NCBI RefSeq assembly: GCF_036321535.1
Contig: NC_087451.1
Location: 19,716,001-19,780,000 of the forward strand
Origin: Camelus dromedarius
Taxonomy: Eukaryota
Direction: 5' to 3'
DNA length: 64,000 bases
The notes beneath the pieces were generated by a model. That model saw nothing but the letters and a program-made list of their open reading frames with translations. It was not told where the DNA came from and made no database searches. A program made the position numbers and the translations under genes. Positions 12,901 through 25,379 of this stretch are shown here, piece by piece; positions within the stretch are counted from its first letter, which is position 1; each line of letters begins with the position of its first letter.

Positions 12901-15900
12901 TTCTTCCTCCTCCTCACTGCATTGTGTATTCAGAGCCTTGTCCTTAGTTTGGGGTCTGCTTTGTGAGTGCTGGGCCCCCTCATCTCAGCACTGGGGCTGT
13001 GGTGCTTTCTGGGGCTTGTGGTCTGGGTGCCTTGCCACATCCTGGAAACTTCAGTGCTCCTGAGCACAGTGAGGAGCGGGTCTCTGGGGCCGTCCATCTC
13101 CCCTCACCCCTTCCCTGTCTCCCCAGGCCATCTGCTCTATGTGCCTCTGAGTCCTGGGCAGCACCGGCTGGGGGGCACAGCTCTGGCCCAGTGCTTCTCT
13201 CAGCTTGGTGAGCAGCCTCCCGACCTGGACCTTCCCGAGAACTTGGTGCACGCCTTCAGCATCACCCAGGGGCTGCTGAAAGGTGAGTGAGGCGCTGGGG
13301 GAGACAGTCCCTGTGGCTGACACATGGCAGCATTCACCAGCTGAGCATGTGAGAGGGGCAAGAGGAATCCGGCGCCCTTTTCTCTGGTTCTCTGAGTGCC
13401 CGCATCCTCGCACACAACCTCTGCCCACTGTCCAGAAGTGGGGCGGGGCCACCAGGTTTGGGTCCCGAGGTTGCTGAGCAATTTTCTCCTTCCTCCAGAC
13501 CGCCTCCTCTGCTCAGGCCATGACGTCAGTGACGGGGGTCTCATCACCTGCCTGCTAGAGATGGCCTTTGCTGGGAATTGTGGGATAGAGGTGGACATAC
13601 CTGCCCCTGGGGTTGATGGTGAGGAACCTGGGGTCTAGATGCAGGCCCCACCCTGTGGACTCCAGGTCCTTTTAAAGAATGGCATATCCCCAGCCCCTTT
13701 TCCCTGGAGTCCCTTGCTGTCTTCTCTGACCACTGAGCCAGGTGACACCCGTTTCTGACTGCACCCTTCTGAGACCTCCCGCAGACCCTGATGCTGCATC
13801 CTCGTCCTTGCTCTCCCAGGCCACACCCCATCCCCACATCCCTGATCCCTGCCTTTGCTCCTCTAGCACCAACCCCTCCCCTCGACTGCACCTGAGTCCC
13901 TGGCAGTACCCTAGTCACTTAATGCCCCCATTACTCTCTCAGCACTGCCTGTGCTGTTTGCTGAGGAGCCAGGCCTAGTGCTGGAGGTGCAGAAGCCAGA
14001 TGTGGCCCAAGTGCTGACTCGTTACTGGGATGCCGGCCTCCACTGCCTGGAGCTGGGCCACACGGGCGATGCCGGGCCCCATGCCACGGTGAGGAAGTAA
14101 AGAGGAACGGCCGGCCCACAGAGGAGAGGCCATGGTTCACCTCTACCAGCGTCGGAGGAGGCCCAGGGTGCACATCCTTGATCTCAGCCCCTGAAAGATT
14201 TGCACTTCCCTCTAGGTCCGGGTGTCAGTGAACGGCGCTGTGGTTCTGGAGGAGCCTGTCGGGCAGCTCCGAGCCCTCTGGGAGGAGACCAGTTTCCAGC
14301 TGGACCGGCTGCAGGCAGAGCCACACTGTGTGGCAGAGGAAGAACAGGGGCTGAGGGAGCGGACAGGGCCCACCTACTGCCTGCCCCCTACCTTCCCCAA
14401 AGCTTCTGTGCCTCACGAGCCTGGTAAGGGAGCGTGTGCAGGGGCTTGGCTTCCTGCGCACTTTGGGCCTGGGTTTGGAGCCCAAGGCTTGGATGCCAGG
14501 CCTGCCTTGGAAAAGGTGTCTGGGGGGCTTGGGTGGGGAAGTAGTCTCCTAGCACAATGACATTCTTCCTCCCCCCAGGTGGCCCCACCCCCCGAGTCGC
14601 CATTTTTCGAGAAGAGGGCAGTAATGGAGACCGGGAGATGGCCGATGCCTTCCACTTGGCTGGGTTTGAGGTGAGCAGGGTGCCTGGCAGAGCTGGGGCT
14701 GGGCCTCTGAACATTTGCCATCTGACACTTCCCTCCCCTGTCCTGCCAGGTGTGGGATGTGACCATGCAGGACCTCTCCTCTGGAGCAATCAGGCTGGAC
14801 ACATTCCGCGGGGTGGCCTTTGTGGGCGGCTTCAGCTATGCGGACGTCCTTGGCTCTGCTAAAGGTGAGTGTGCCGGCTTCTGACCCCTCATTCCTGAAG
14901 AGGTACTTTAGCTCCCTTCGTCCTTGCCTGAGAACAGGCTTCTCACCTCCATGAGGTTGGCCAGTGGGGCGTGAGTGCATTCATTCTGGGCCAGATGCCA
15001 GCAGAAGGCCTGCAGGTAGCTAAAGTGAGGTAGGTGGGCTGGGTGGCGCCGTGCCAACCTGGAGGGCACATGCCCTGTTGGAAACAGCAGCTGCTACTCC
15101 GCTTCAGTAGATTGTCCTGTTGGAAAGCTGGCTCAGCATGGCCAGATCTTTCTGTTTTTCAAGAGAAGCCAAAAATCCCAATTTTTTATGTAAAATCTTA
15201 CTTTTAAAAATTAGGTAACTAAATTAAAAATTTTGAAAATGCTCTGCTGGCTAAGCAGAAAGCTTGTTATGGGCCATCTCTGGCCCAGGAGTTGGCTACG
15301 TCTGTTTCAAGCAAGTAAACCTGTTTCTCCCCTGGCATTTGCCCTCAGCTTGGGCGGGGGGAGGGTCCTGGGATTGTGTAACAGGGAAAAACAGCTGTCG
15401 CCCTTCATTCCAGGTCTCACCGCAGCTTCCTTGTTCCTCCTAGGGTGGGCAGCTGCTGTGACGTTTAACCCACAGGCCGGGGCTGAGCTGAGGCACTTCC
15501 GGCAGCGGCCAGACACCTTCAGCCTGGGCGTGTGTAACGGCTGTCAGCTGCTGGCTCTGCTGGGCTGGGTGGGAGGCAGTCCCAGTGAGGAGGCAGCAGA
15601 GACGGGCCATGATTCCTGGCCAGCCCGGCCCGGCCTCCTGCTGCGCCACAACGTGTCTGGGCGTTATGAGTCTCGCTGGTCCAGCGTGCGTGTGGGCACC
15701 GGGCCCGCCCTGATGCTGCGAGGGATGGAGGGTGCTGTGCTGCCTGTGTGGAGCTCTCATGGGGAAGGTCAGGCTCTGGGAAGGCAAGGCCAGGGGAGGG
15801 CCTGAGGACAAGGGCAAGTGGTCGGCATGAAGGCACTTTGATCTCATGTCCCTCCTTCCACCCCAGGTTACATGGCGTTTTCTTCTCCAGAACTCCAAGC

Positions 15901-16177
15901 CCAGATGGAGGCCAGGGGCTTGGCCCCGCTGCACTGGGCAGACGATGACGGGAACCCCACAGAGCAGTACCCCCTGAATCCCAACGGGTCCCCAAGGGGT
16001 GTGGCTGGTGTCTGCTCCCCTGATGGCCGCCACCTGGCTCTCATGCCTCACCCTGAGCGGTCTGTGAGGCCTTGGCAGTGGGCATGGCGACCCCCTCCAT
16101 TTGACACTCTGACTACCTCCCCCTGGCTCCAGCTCTTCATCAATGCCCGAAACTGGACCCAGGAAGGAAGCTGCTGA
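3915..16177 (+). CDS. PFAS: Phosphoribosylformylglycinamidine synthase (FGAM synthase, large PurL), complete spliced CDS, 1338 aa
   Basis: Coding exons: 3915-4056, 4141-4276, 4736-4841, 5215-5404, 5493-5598, 5956-6096, 6215-6339, 6494-6622, 7143-7274, 7411-7539, 10287-10360, 10472-10628, 10937-10998, 11147-11308, 11592-11717, 11862-11993, 12181-12411, 12548-12728, 12810-12893, 13127-13282, 13499-13618, 13943-14088, 14216-14423, 14579-14670, 14750-14864, 15444-15767, 15867-16177. Sum 4017 nt, open throughout. Starts MSSVLHFYVRPSGHEG; has SEHSRHWFFKG, GATTGTGGRIRD, DGGKDSLSM and glutaminase triad motifs GVCNGCQ and MPHPER; ends NARNWTQEGSC. All introns GT-AG except 4277-4735 (GC-AG). Confidence 0.98.
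8130..10200 (-). mobile_element. L1 3' region in PFAS intron (contains three N-runs)
   Basis: Reverse L1M 3'UTR motifs (taattcatataccataaagttcacc, gctgggtcacatgg, ccagttgtcctaacaaccc). Confidence 0.85.
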
Positions 16178-16782
16178 GCAGGCCAGGGATGCTCCCCTGG
16201 GTACCATGGTTGGTACTCGGGGTATCTGCTGCCCTCTTCCCCATTATCCTTAGAAGTACCCTGTGTTACTTCCAAATGTGTTAGATAAGGACCAAATGCC
16301 AAAAAAACCTCAGCCAGTTGTATTAATCTGCCTTGCTTTTGCCTTATGCTGTTGGATCTGTTTTCAGTTCTGCTCTAACATGTTTTGTCCTTTGTGGGCC
16401 TGGGGAAGCAGCAGGTGGTTCAGAGAAGACCCCCTTTCGGTGGGCAGTTGGGATGCATGGGGTGGGGGGGTTCCATTGTCCCCCTTCACTGCACCGCATC
16501 ACTCATGTCACTTATCTGGGCTCGGAGGGATGTCTTAGGCCCTCCTTCCTCATCGCTGGGGTTTAGGGGGTGAGGGTGTACAAAAGCATGCAAGTCAGGA
16601 CCTAAGTGTTCTCATCTGAAAAACAGCAGAAACTTTCTAGATTCTTCTTTTTAAAGGCAGTGCTGTGCTAAGTGTAAGCAGTTGTTGGCAGCTTTTCTGA
16701 CAGTGTCTCCAGCTATGTCCCAGGGCTGCCCCCGAGCTGGCCTCTGAACTCAGGTTCCTGAGTTTTACTCCTGATTAGCAGT

Positions 16783-16798
16783 CCCCCCCCCCCCCCCC
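16783..16798. repeat. C16 homopolymer in PFAS 3'UTR; (TTCA)n at about 16850-16873
   Basis: Read directly. Confidence 0.9.
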
Positions 16799-17359
16799 GC
16801 CAAAGCAGTGGTCAGCACCCTCACCCCTAGCACTGGGCCTTTAGTGTTCGTTCATTCATTCATTCATTCATTCCATCAGTGTTTGATGATTAGCTGCAGT
16901 GCCAAGCAGTGTCACTGTCGCCAGGGAGGTTATGGTCTAATAGAATTTAAAATAACATTTTAAATAAGATCTGTGTATGACACCTACCGTGAACTGGGCA
17001 TGTGCTAGGCATTTTATATGTATGGAAATTATTTCTTATAAGAGTTCAGCAAGGTACTTGATACCCTCCTCCCCACTCTTTTTTTTTTTTCTTTTTTAAA
17101 CAAAAGGAGAATTAAGGTTAACTAGATTGCCCAGGGTCACACAACTTGTGAAGGGACCAGCTGGGAGGCCTTGCTCAGTACTGCAACATCTGCTTCCTGT
17201 CATCCTGCAGTCACAGTCATGGAGACAGCATCGTCAGGACTTCTTGCTGACAGCTGTCCTTGCTTCCTTTGCTCACAGGAGTGTGTAGAGGCCACTTCCT
17301 CCTGACAGTTGTGTGGTACAGCTCAAGTCAGTCCGCCCCCTAAATAGCTCAACATCTTG

Positions 17360-17365
17360 ATTAAA
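17360..17365 (+). terminator. PFAS: Probable PFAS poly(A) signal ATTAAA
   Basis: Variant hexamer about 1.18 kb after the stop; I saw no AATAAA between the stop and this site. Confidence 0.45.
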
Positions 17366-18199
17366 GAAATTCCCTGAGAAGGGAGACTGGAATCTCAGAT
17401 CCCTGAGGACGTCGGGCCTGGCGGGGAAGGGGGAGGCCCCACACCGTGCTCCTGGTAGAACAGCCAAAGGAGAGACTGGTCGTGAAGAAACAGTGTTAAA
17501 TTTCAGCTATGGAGAAAATAACTGGATTGTTTTCTTATTGCTTTGCAAACTCACTTACCCTGAACAGTGTGGGGCTAGTAGGTCATTTCTGGTATTTGAA
17601 TTTTCCTTCATGGTGCTGGGAAGCAACGTATATATATAATCAGATAATCTCAAATTGACAATTTTGAGGACTGATCCCAGGGCTGGGATGTCAAGTTTAC
17701 AAGCACTTGATGCAAAGGTAGCAGGATGGTATGTGAAGTAACCTGCTGATTGGCTGTGGTAGATGAATTCATGCACTTTGGAGAAGGAGCAGTTTCTGGT
17801 TTTGATCACTCTGGCCAAGCAAGACCCACCCTCGGACACTGCCATGACGAAGTCAGCTCAGCTTCTCATCCTTGTTTTTATCTAGTAGCCACACATCACC
17901 CTGTCCTTGCTGGTCCCTGACCCAGCTCCTATCTCCCCATCCATCCCAAAAGCCCCTCCTGGTGGTGGCTTTTATTCTCAAAGCTCATCTTATCTTCCTC
18001 AGGCCAGGGAGTTGGGGTTTGGGTCCCCTCCATACCACTCCCAGATTATTCTCCACCCACTTTGAAGAAAATATTGCCCATTTTAGGTTCATGCCATCCT
18101 GTATCACCTTCATCCTGTACTTTGTGTTCTGCTGACTTCCCCATCACTTGGGATACCAGTCGTTCCCAATATCTGATTCCCCTTTCTAGAAACGGGACC

Positions 18200-18600
18200 T
18201 CTCAGTACTTTAGCAGGGGTCGTGGCTACTCAAAATAAAGATGACATCTCCCAGTGTCCCTAATAGCTCTGACTAAATTCTGACCAATAAAAGAGAAAAT
18301 GATGTACACAATTTCTAAGTGTCCTTAAAGGAAGGGATGTATGCTTCTCTTCATCTAGTCTTGCTTCCTGCTACCTGCATTGAAGACGTGATGGCTAGAA
18401 CTGCAGCATTATTTTGGACCATGAGTTGGCTTTGGGGCACTAGCACCATGCAGAGTAGAGTAATAAGATAGGAGACTGGGTTTCTTGACACTGAGGAGTA
18501 TGGACAAGCCCTGAACAGGCTATCACTGGGTATCTTAAACTTCTGTCTTGTTTAATCCCTATTTTGGTGTTTTCTGTTCCTTGTAGTCAAATCTTATCCT
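18200..18600 (+). mobile_element. Old MaLR (MLT1-like) LTR
   Basis: tgaccaataaa, ttttggaccatgag, aaacttctgtcttgtttaa motifs. Related MLT1 fragments at about 38290-39060 and 56265-56700. Confidence 0.55.
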
Positions 18601-21600
18601 ATTCAACCCTTCCTAACTCCCCCTCATTATTCAAGGGCATTGCTCCCTGGTTTATATTCTTGCTTTCCACCTCAGCCCCTTCCATTATCCTGATCCATGT
18701 TAATAACCATATAACAAAATGATCTTTTCTTCAATGACTTCCTCCATTCACCTCAGCCCTGGAATGTTGTCATCACCCCAGATCTTCTTCACTTCACACT
18801 CATTTATTCGAGCACCCTACCTCTGACCTTAGCCTCGCTTCCTTCCACTTTGCATCTTCATCTTCAGTATTCATCTCAAAGTCATCAGGACCTCCAGCTC
18901 AATAGCAACTTACCCCCAATCCATTTCTTCTCTCTTCTTCCCTCTTATCCAGCCTCCAGTAATAGCCTTTCCAGTGCCCTTCAACTTGACCCAGTATCTT
19001 TTCATCATTCCCATTTGACTAAATCCTAACCCATCAGCTTTCTCTGAGAAAGCCAGACAACAGGGCAGATTGTCTCATTATCATCAATTCATCATTACCC
19101 ACCTATGAGGGAAACGGGGAATGGGAATGAGAAACAGATCAAATGTAATGAGAGGGCACTCAAGTGGAGCCGTGATAGTAATGCACCATGAACTAAAGGG
19201 GTAAGATGACCTCAGCTCACTACACCCAAGGTCTAAAGCAAAACCATTTACAATAACATCCAAATCTAAGTCCTGCCCTCTCTCTGGGTCTCATCAGTCA
19301 ACAGCTCTTGGATCAAATTCTTTGTAGGACACTGAAGGCTCTCAGAGCAGCATCACATGCCTCTCTTTCCAGCCCAAATCACTGTTGTAGTTTTTTTCAT
19401 CACTGCAGTCTTGCTCTGAACTATGTGTTTCTTTGATCAGAGAGCTGTCTCCTCAGTAGAGTGTAAACTCAATGAGAGCAGTTTTGCCTTCCACTGTAGC
19501 CTACCTCCTAGTGTGGTGCCTGTCACCTACCAGATGCTCCATAAATATATATTTAACAAATGAATGAATCTGAATGTTAAAATTAGTAAAGGTTGATACA
19601 CCTTTTTTTTTTCTTAATAGAAGAGTGAACTTAGTGAACTGGGCTCGCGGGTGGCTTGGCTTTGCAGTTCCTCTCAAGCGTTTCCCCTTTTTACTTCATT
19701 TCTCCAGTATGCAAAATACTGTTTCAAGCCCTTGTCATCATTTCAAGTGAATGACACTATGTATGTGTTGGGGTGGGGGTGGGAGGACAGGAAGAACCAG
19801 TAAGTCTTGCCTCTGTCTTCACTTAACACTTGCCTGGCAGCCAAAAGGGACCTTCAATTTCATAGAAAAAGACACAGCACTGAACTGAGCATGTGTTCAT
19901 CCCCTGTCAGCGCAAAGTGTGCTGGAAGGAAGGCTCCAGCAGGACCAGGCACAGAGAGGAGGAAGTGTGTGCAGGGATCTGGATGGGACACCCCCACCCC
20001 TACAAGAAGGCCACTTTCTCCAGAGAGGCTCCCAGCCTCTCCAATAATAGGCCAACCCACACCTGAGCGTCCCTCCAAACAGTGCCTGGGACACCTGCCC
20101 AAACTCAGATGTGGACAAGGGGGATAGAAAGGAAAAAAGGTGGTCATCAGACAATGAGCCTATGGGAGGAGAATGTCTCCCACAGCAGCTGAGTCTTCAG
20201 AGGCCCAGGGTCCCACAAGCTCTATTTATTTCCCCAGCACCTGCTGCATTCAAGACCCGGGAGCAGAAATCAAAGGAATCCTCAGCCTGTCATTATATGC
20301 CTGGGGGCACCAAACAGCCAGAGAATGGAGCCTCGTGCACTGCTGTGGAGGGACCTCTGGCTTCAGGAAAGACCCTCTTGTGTGAGCAACCTGCTAGGCG
20401 TGCCGGGGATTCTCGGCTGTTTTGCCCCCAGGAGGGGTGGCTTTGTGCAGCTTCATCTCCCTAGTCTGGCTGGAGGAGTGGCCCATGGCTACAGATTGGA
20501 ACAAAGAGTATGAAACAGAGCCCCACTCAACCTGTCACTGAGGTAAGAAAATTGTCAAGGGTCTCCTCCCAGGGCAGGCACACATGAGAAGGGAGACAAA
20601 TCCTGAAATAAACAACTTCGAAGAAGTATGCTTTAGCGGAAGCTCGGGGTACAGGTGGGAGCTCACCGCAGGGGATGTGGCCCAGACTCGGGATCAGGGA
20701 AGGAGTCTCAGGATTAGCTGAGTCCTGTGGGAAGAGTAGAAGCTTGTTACAGGAGAGGGCAGGGAGGGCACTCTAGGAAAGTAGACGATATTTGCAAAGC
20801 CTCGGAGGTGAGCAACAAGGTGAGTGAAAGAACTAAACAAAGGTGAGTCTGTCTGGAACATTAACTACATTAGGAAACAGGACAAGCACAGTTAAAGGCT
20901 TAACAGAGCGTGTCAAAGAGCCTGAACTTCATCCTTAGAGCAATGAGAAACCACTGAAGGGGTTTACATGGGGGGAAGACATGATCACTCCACTGCAGAG
21001 GACAAAGACAGGAGAGGATGTGGGGAGTCCAGTAAAAGGGTTTTCAATTCTCCTGGCAGAAATAATGCTGGCCAGGACTAGGGTGATGGCAGAAAGAAAT
21101 GGAAGGATTCAAGAATCACCAGGAACTGGATGTGAGGGGAGAAGGAGAGAGAGGAATCAGTAATGAAGCCCAGACTTCTTGCTTGGACCGCTGGGCAGGT
21201 GATTATTTCATTAACTGTGGTAGCAACACAGGAGATGGCGTGTATATGGGAGGAAGATGAGGTGCTTTGCTTAGGGCTTGTTGAGTTTGAAGTGTCAGTG
21301 GGACAGGAAAATGGAGGCATCCAGCTGGTCGTCAGAAGAGATCTGGGATGGAAATGGAGATTTGGGAGGCACTAGTCTGTGTGGGGAAGATTATCTAGGA
21401 GGGATGAATGGAGCCTGGTAACCAGCATTGAAGAGGTTGGCAGAAAAAGAGGAGACTGAGGAAGAATGGCATCACTAACCTTACAGCTTAACCAGCTGAA
21501 TGACTTCCCACTGCCCAAGTCATTGGAGTATCCTGGGATGCCCCTGGGAGGGTATCCAGGGCAACAGAAGGGACTAGGCAGTCAGCCTGTTCTCCTCCCC

Positions 21601-22959
21601 ACTGAGTCCTAGCATGCTGACCCCATCTTCACAGTGAGGCAAACTCTTCTCTCCCTTAGATCTTTTCCCAGCGTAGTACAGACAGCCGTCCCCACTCCCA
21701 CACACCTCACCTGGAGAAGGTTACGAGGACATGGCTAAGCTAAACAAAGCAGATGAAAAGAGGTAAGTTATGTGGTACCTGGGAGGCTAGGACCCTGTAG
21801 ATTCCCAGTGGCACCTTGTAGGAGGTTCCAAAGGAAGGAGCAGGGGGTATCCCCACTGGGTTAAAGACACAGGGATCCTGGCCCAAGGAAACCCCTTCTC
21901 ACCCTTGAGGATGTGATGGGCCTCCTCCTGCCACTTCTAGAATATATGCTGAGAAACAGATGTGAGATGCAGGAGGGCAGGTGTCTTTTAAGGAGTCAAA
22001 ACTAAGAGTTGCCAGAACCTAGTCAGAAGAATGTATAACTCTGAGTGTGGCGGGGATGTGTGTACCTCACTAGCTCCAGACACTGGGTCCTTATGAAGAA
22101 ACGGTACCGAACACTGACATATGGTGCAGCCATCCCTGCTTCGCTGGCTCATGATAATCCCGTAGTGAAAAGGAATGAATGGCAGAATTCTACCGTTGGG
22201 GAGAGGGGGACAGAAGGTAAAGTGCCCGTATTGTGACTTGAGGGCAAGAACAGATGCCCTCTCTCCTCTGTGCCCTATCCACAGCCAAACCCTTCATCAG
22301 AAGCCCTATGTCTGTCATTGGTGTCTCCATTCTTCTTGGCCAGGCCTCCATCTTCATTCTTCCCCTGCACTTTGGGGATCATCCATATTATTGCTTCCCT
22401 TGCTTTTTGCTTATCTGGCTTCATCGCTTCCTCTCCTACCTCTACCAGCTTAGTGCAGACCCTCATCTAGCTTAGTGGAATGACCTGTTATTCCATTTCA
22501 CCTCCAACTGGTCTAACACCAACTGGATGTTCTACAATAGAATTCTGTTTTTTTTATTATTATTCTTTTTCATATTCTTTTTTTTTAAATTGAAGCGTAG
22601 TCAATTTACAGTGTTGTGCAGTTCTGGTTCTTAATTTTGATAATTGTATTTAAATAGTTTAATTTGCCTTGAATTCCTATATATTTTATTTTATGAATTT
22701 AAAACCATCATTCTGAGTAGGCGTCCGTGAGCTTCACTTAGCTGCCAAGGGGGTGCATGGGAGCAAAAAAGGTTAAAAACTCCTGCTTGATAGAAATATA
22801 TATTGCCCAAAGGGATGCTTGACTTTGGTGTTGAGTCAGATATCTCTCTGGTTCAAGTCCATCACTTCCACCTCTTGGTGCCCTCAAAAGTAGGTAGGGT
22901 GGGGGCTCTGGGACAGCAGTCTCCCCAAAGCAAAAAAAAAAACTGCATCAACTGCATGC

Positions 22960-23400
22960 AGGTAATTGGAAAAGGGAATGTCTGCGAGGTACAGAATCAA
23001 TCAGTTGCAGGCCTACTTCAATCAGTTCTTGGACATACCTTCACACCATCTTGAGAAAAGTGGCTGCAGGCCATCATGGCCTACTGAGATCTGTCCCATG
23101 ATATGCATAATTCTATTCACAGCTAGCTGGCCAAGGATCTCACCTGTGTCTGGCTAGTGGCCTGGGAAGTGGCCAGGCTGGAGAGCTGGCCAAATAGGTA
23201 CTTTCAGATAGGTTGGCAGCTAATGGACCCAATTAGAATCTGTCTCTCGGGGAGTTTGAATTTGAACACACAGTGGGAGCCAGCTGCTGGGAAGGCCAGA
23301 AGAAGTGACAAGACACAGGGAAAGAGGTGAAGGGTGAGACAGAGAAAGTGGAGTCAAGAAGAGGAACCTGCCAAGTTAGGGATTCCTTCCACCCTGATCT
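22960..23400 (+). mobile_element. Old ERVL-type LTR fragment (LTR16/LTR33-like)
   Basis: ggacccaattagaatctgtctctcggggagtttgaatttg resembles these LTRs. Confidence 0.45.
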
Positions 23401-24722
23401 CCCTGAGGAGGTCCGGCCTTGCACCTCCATGCATGGAGGTCTGCTGCCTACCATCTGGAAGAGCCCACCTAACTCATGCCCCAAGAACTCCAAAGCTGGA
23501 GGGCCAGGCGTCCCCTGCTGCACAAGGCTCATAGCAGAGCATGACTCCTGGCATGACAAAGACCCAAAATGAGGAAGTTGAGGGGATTCTCCTCAGTCTC
23601 CCTAATCTAGTCTGACCTCCTGGCCCATAAATAGGCCCCTATCCCTTGTGCCTGGAGCCAGCGCCCTGTTAACTTCTAAGTCCTTGAAGGTTCCTTTCCA
23701 AGGGTTCCCTCTCTGCTTGACTGCTCACAAAGTAGTCAGAGCCAGTACTGCCCCTGGCGGGGAGGAGGGGGCAGATGGTAAACCAGCAGAAATGGGGAGG
23801 GAGGGGAGGAAGCATGGGGTTGACCCTTGCGGGCTGGCTCCCTACATTCCCCAAGTCTAGACTCCTCCTTTCCCTCTGGGGTCTGTGACACATCCCTCTC
23901 TAATTCCTCATGGATCAAACTTAGTCCACTCTCTTTGCCCAGAAACAAATTCAGGTTCAACTACATCCTTACTTCCTTTAATCCTAACAATCTTTTAGAG
24001 AGGAGGAAATGAGTCTCAGAGAGAAATCTGATACTGGCCATCAGAAGTGAGGAGTCCAGGCTCTTTAGTATGCTCTATAAAAACCCTGCATATGGCCAAC
24101 CCCTCCTCCTTCACAGATCCCTGCCATTCATTCCCCATGGCACCCTTGCCAAACTAATATACTTGCATTCCCCAAAACATGTCCTCTCATTTCCAAGTCT
24201 TTGCTCCCAGTGTTCCCCTGGCTAGAATACCCCTAGGATGCCCTGGTGAATTCTGAGTCATCCTTTAAGACTCAAAGGATCATCCACTGTTCTTTGTAAA
24301 CTCCTCGTGAGGCAGAGCCTGTGTCCTAATAGCCTTTGTAGCTCTAGCCCTTCACTTAAGGCCTGGTAAGGTAAAGGACCAAAGAATATGCATCCCTTGG
24401 CCACAGTGTCACAAAATCATTAGGATCCAGAGGTTTGGCCGGCACTTGCAGCCCCAAGGGTGGGACGGCCTCAAGATGAGAATCCTCTTGAAGTTTTTGG
24501 CTGGGAAGTAGATGACATCTAGAACCCCTGAGGGTATGCATGGCCTGGGTTCCAAAATTCATCCTGTTGGGTCTATTCAATCACTCAACTATACATAATG
24601 GGTCTATTATGCTCTAAACACTCTGCCAGGTGCTGGGGATCAAAGATGAAAGGAGAAATTAGCTGGGAGGATACACTTGAGCCGAAGCTTTAAGAACACT
24701 CTAAAAATCTGTAAAACAACAG

Positions 24723-24968
24723 NNNNNNNNNNNNNNNNNNNNNNNNNNNNNNNNNNNNNNNNNNNNNNNNNNNNNNNNNNNNNNNNNNNNNNNNNNNNNN
24801 NNNNNNNNNNNNNNNNNNNNNNNNNNNNNNNNNNNNNNNNNNNNNNNNNNNNNNNNNNNNNNNNNNNNNNNNNNNNNNNNNNNNNNNNNNNNNNNNNNNN
24901 NNNNNNNNNNNNNNNNNNNNNNNNNNNNNNNNNNNNNNNNNNNNNNNNNNNNNNNNNNNNNNNNNNNN
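24723..24968. other. N-run, 246 nt (other N-runs: 8446-8623, 8836-9084, 9482-9617, 35476-35660, 35795-35929)
   Basis: Read directly. Confidence 0.99.
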
Positions 24969-25379
24969 GCCCCCTCCATCCCCTCGCATGGTTCCCAAGG
25001 TGAAGATTTGAGGGGGATTAGATACATAATCCCTGGGTTGGGTTTTGCTTTCAGGAAGGCGGGAGTCCTAAATCCTAACCCGGCCCCACACCTGGCCCCA
25101 TTGTTCCCCTAATTCTCCGCATCCGGGAATTAGTGGTCTGGCTGGCAGCTTATTCCCGGTCAGGAGGCCCTGAAGAGTGATTTGGGAGACTCTGAAACTA
25201 TCCACTCCCCTCCCCTCAGGAGATTCCACTTGTACGTCAGACCCTTGGACGATCAACTGCCCCTAAGGAGGGTCTCAGGCGACATTGTTAGAAAGTGCTA
25301 TCCCTTTAAAAGGAGGAGACAGACGGGTGCGAGCTAGTGACCACAAGGGCGTCACAAATACTAAACCGAGGTCTTAGCT

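Noticed and set aside
15440-16207. 255-aa minus-strand ORF and other antisense ORFs over PFAS, ARHGEF15 and SLC25A35 exons
   Set aside because: Shadow ORFs of GC-rich coding sequence.
17690-17790. Minus-strand peptide NQQVTSHTILLPLHQVLVNL resembling MOG1 [17 protein letters not shown]
   Set aside because: Short, gapped, no flanking similarity; most likely chance.
23327-23572. 81-codon ORF ending HDKDPK
   Set aside because: GTG start, partly within an old LTR, no clear splice sites linking it to the candidate upstream exons.
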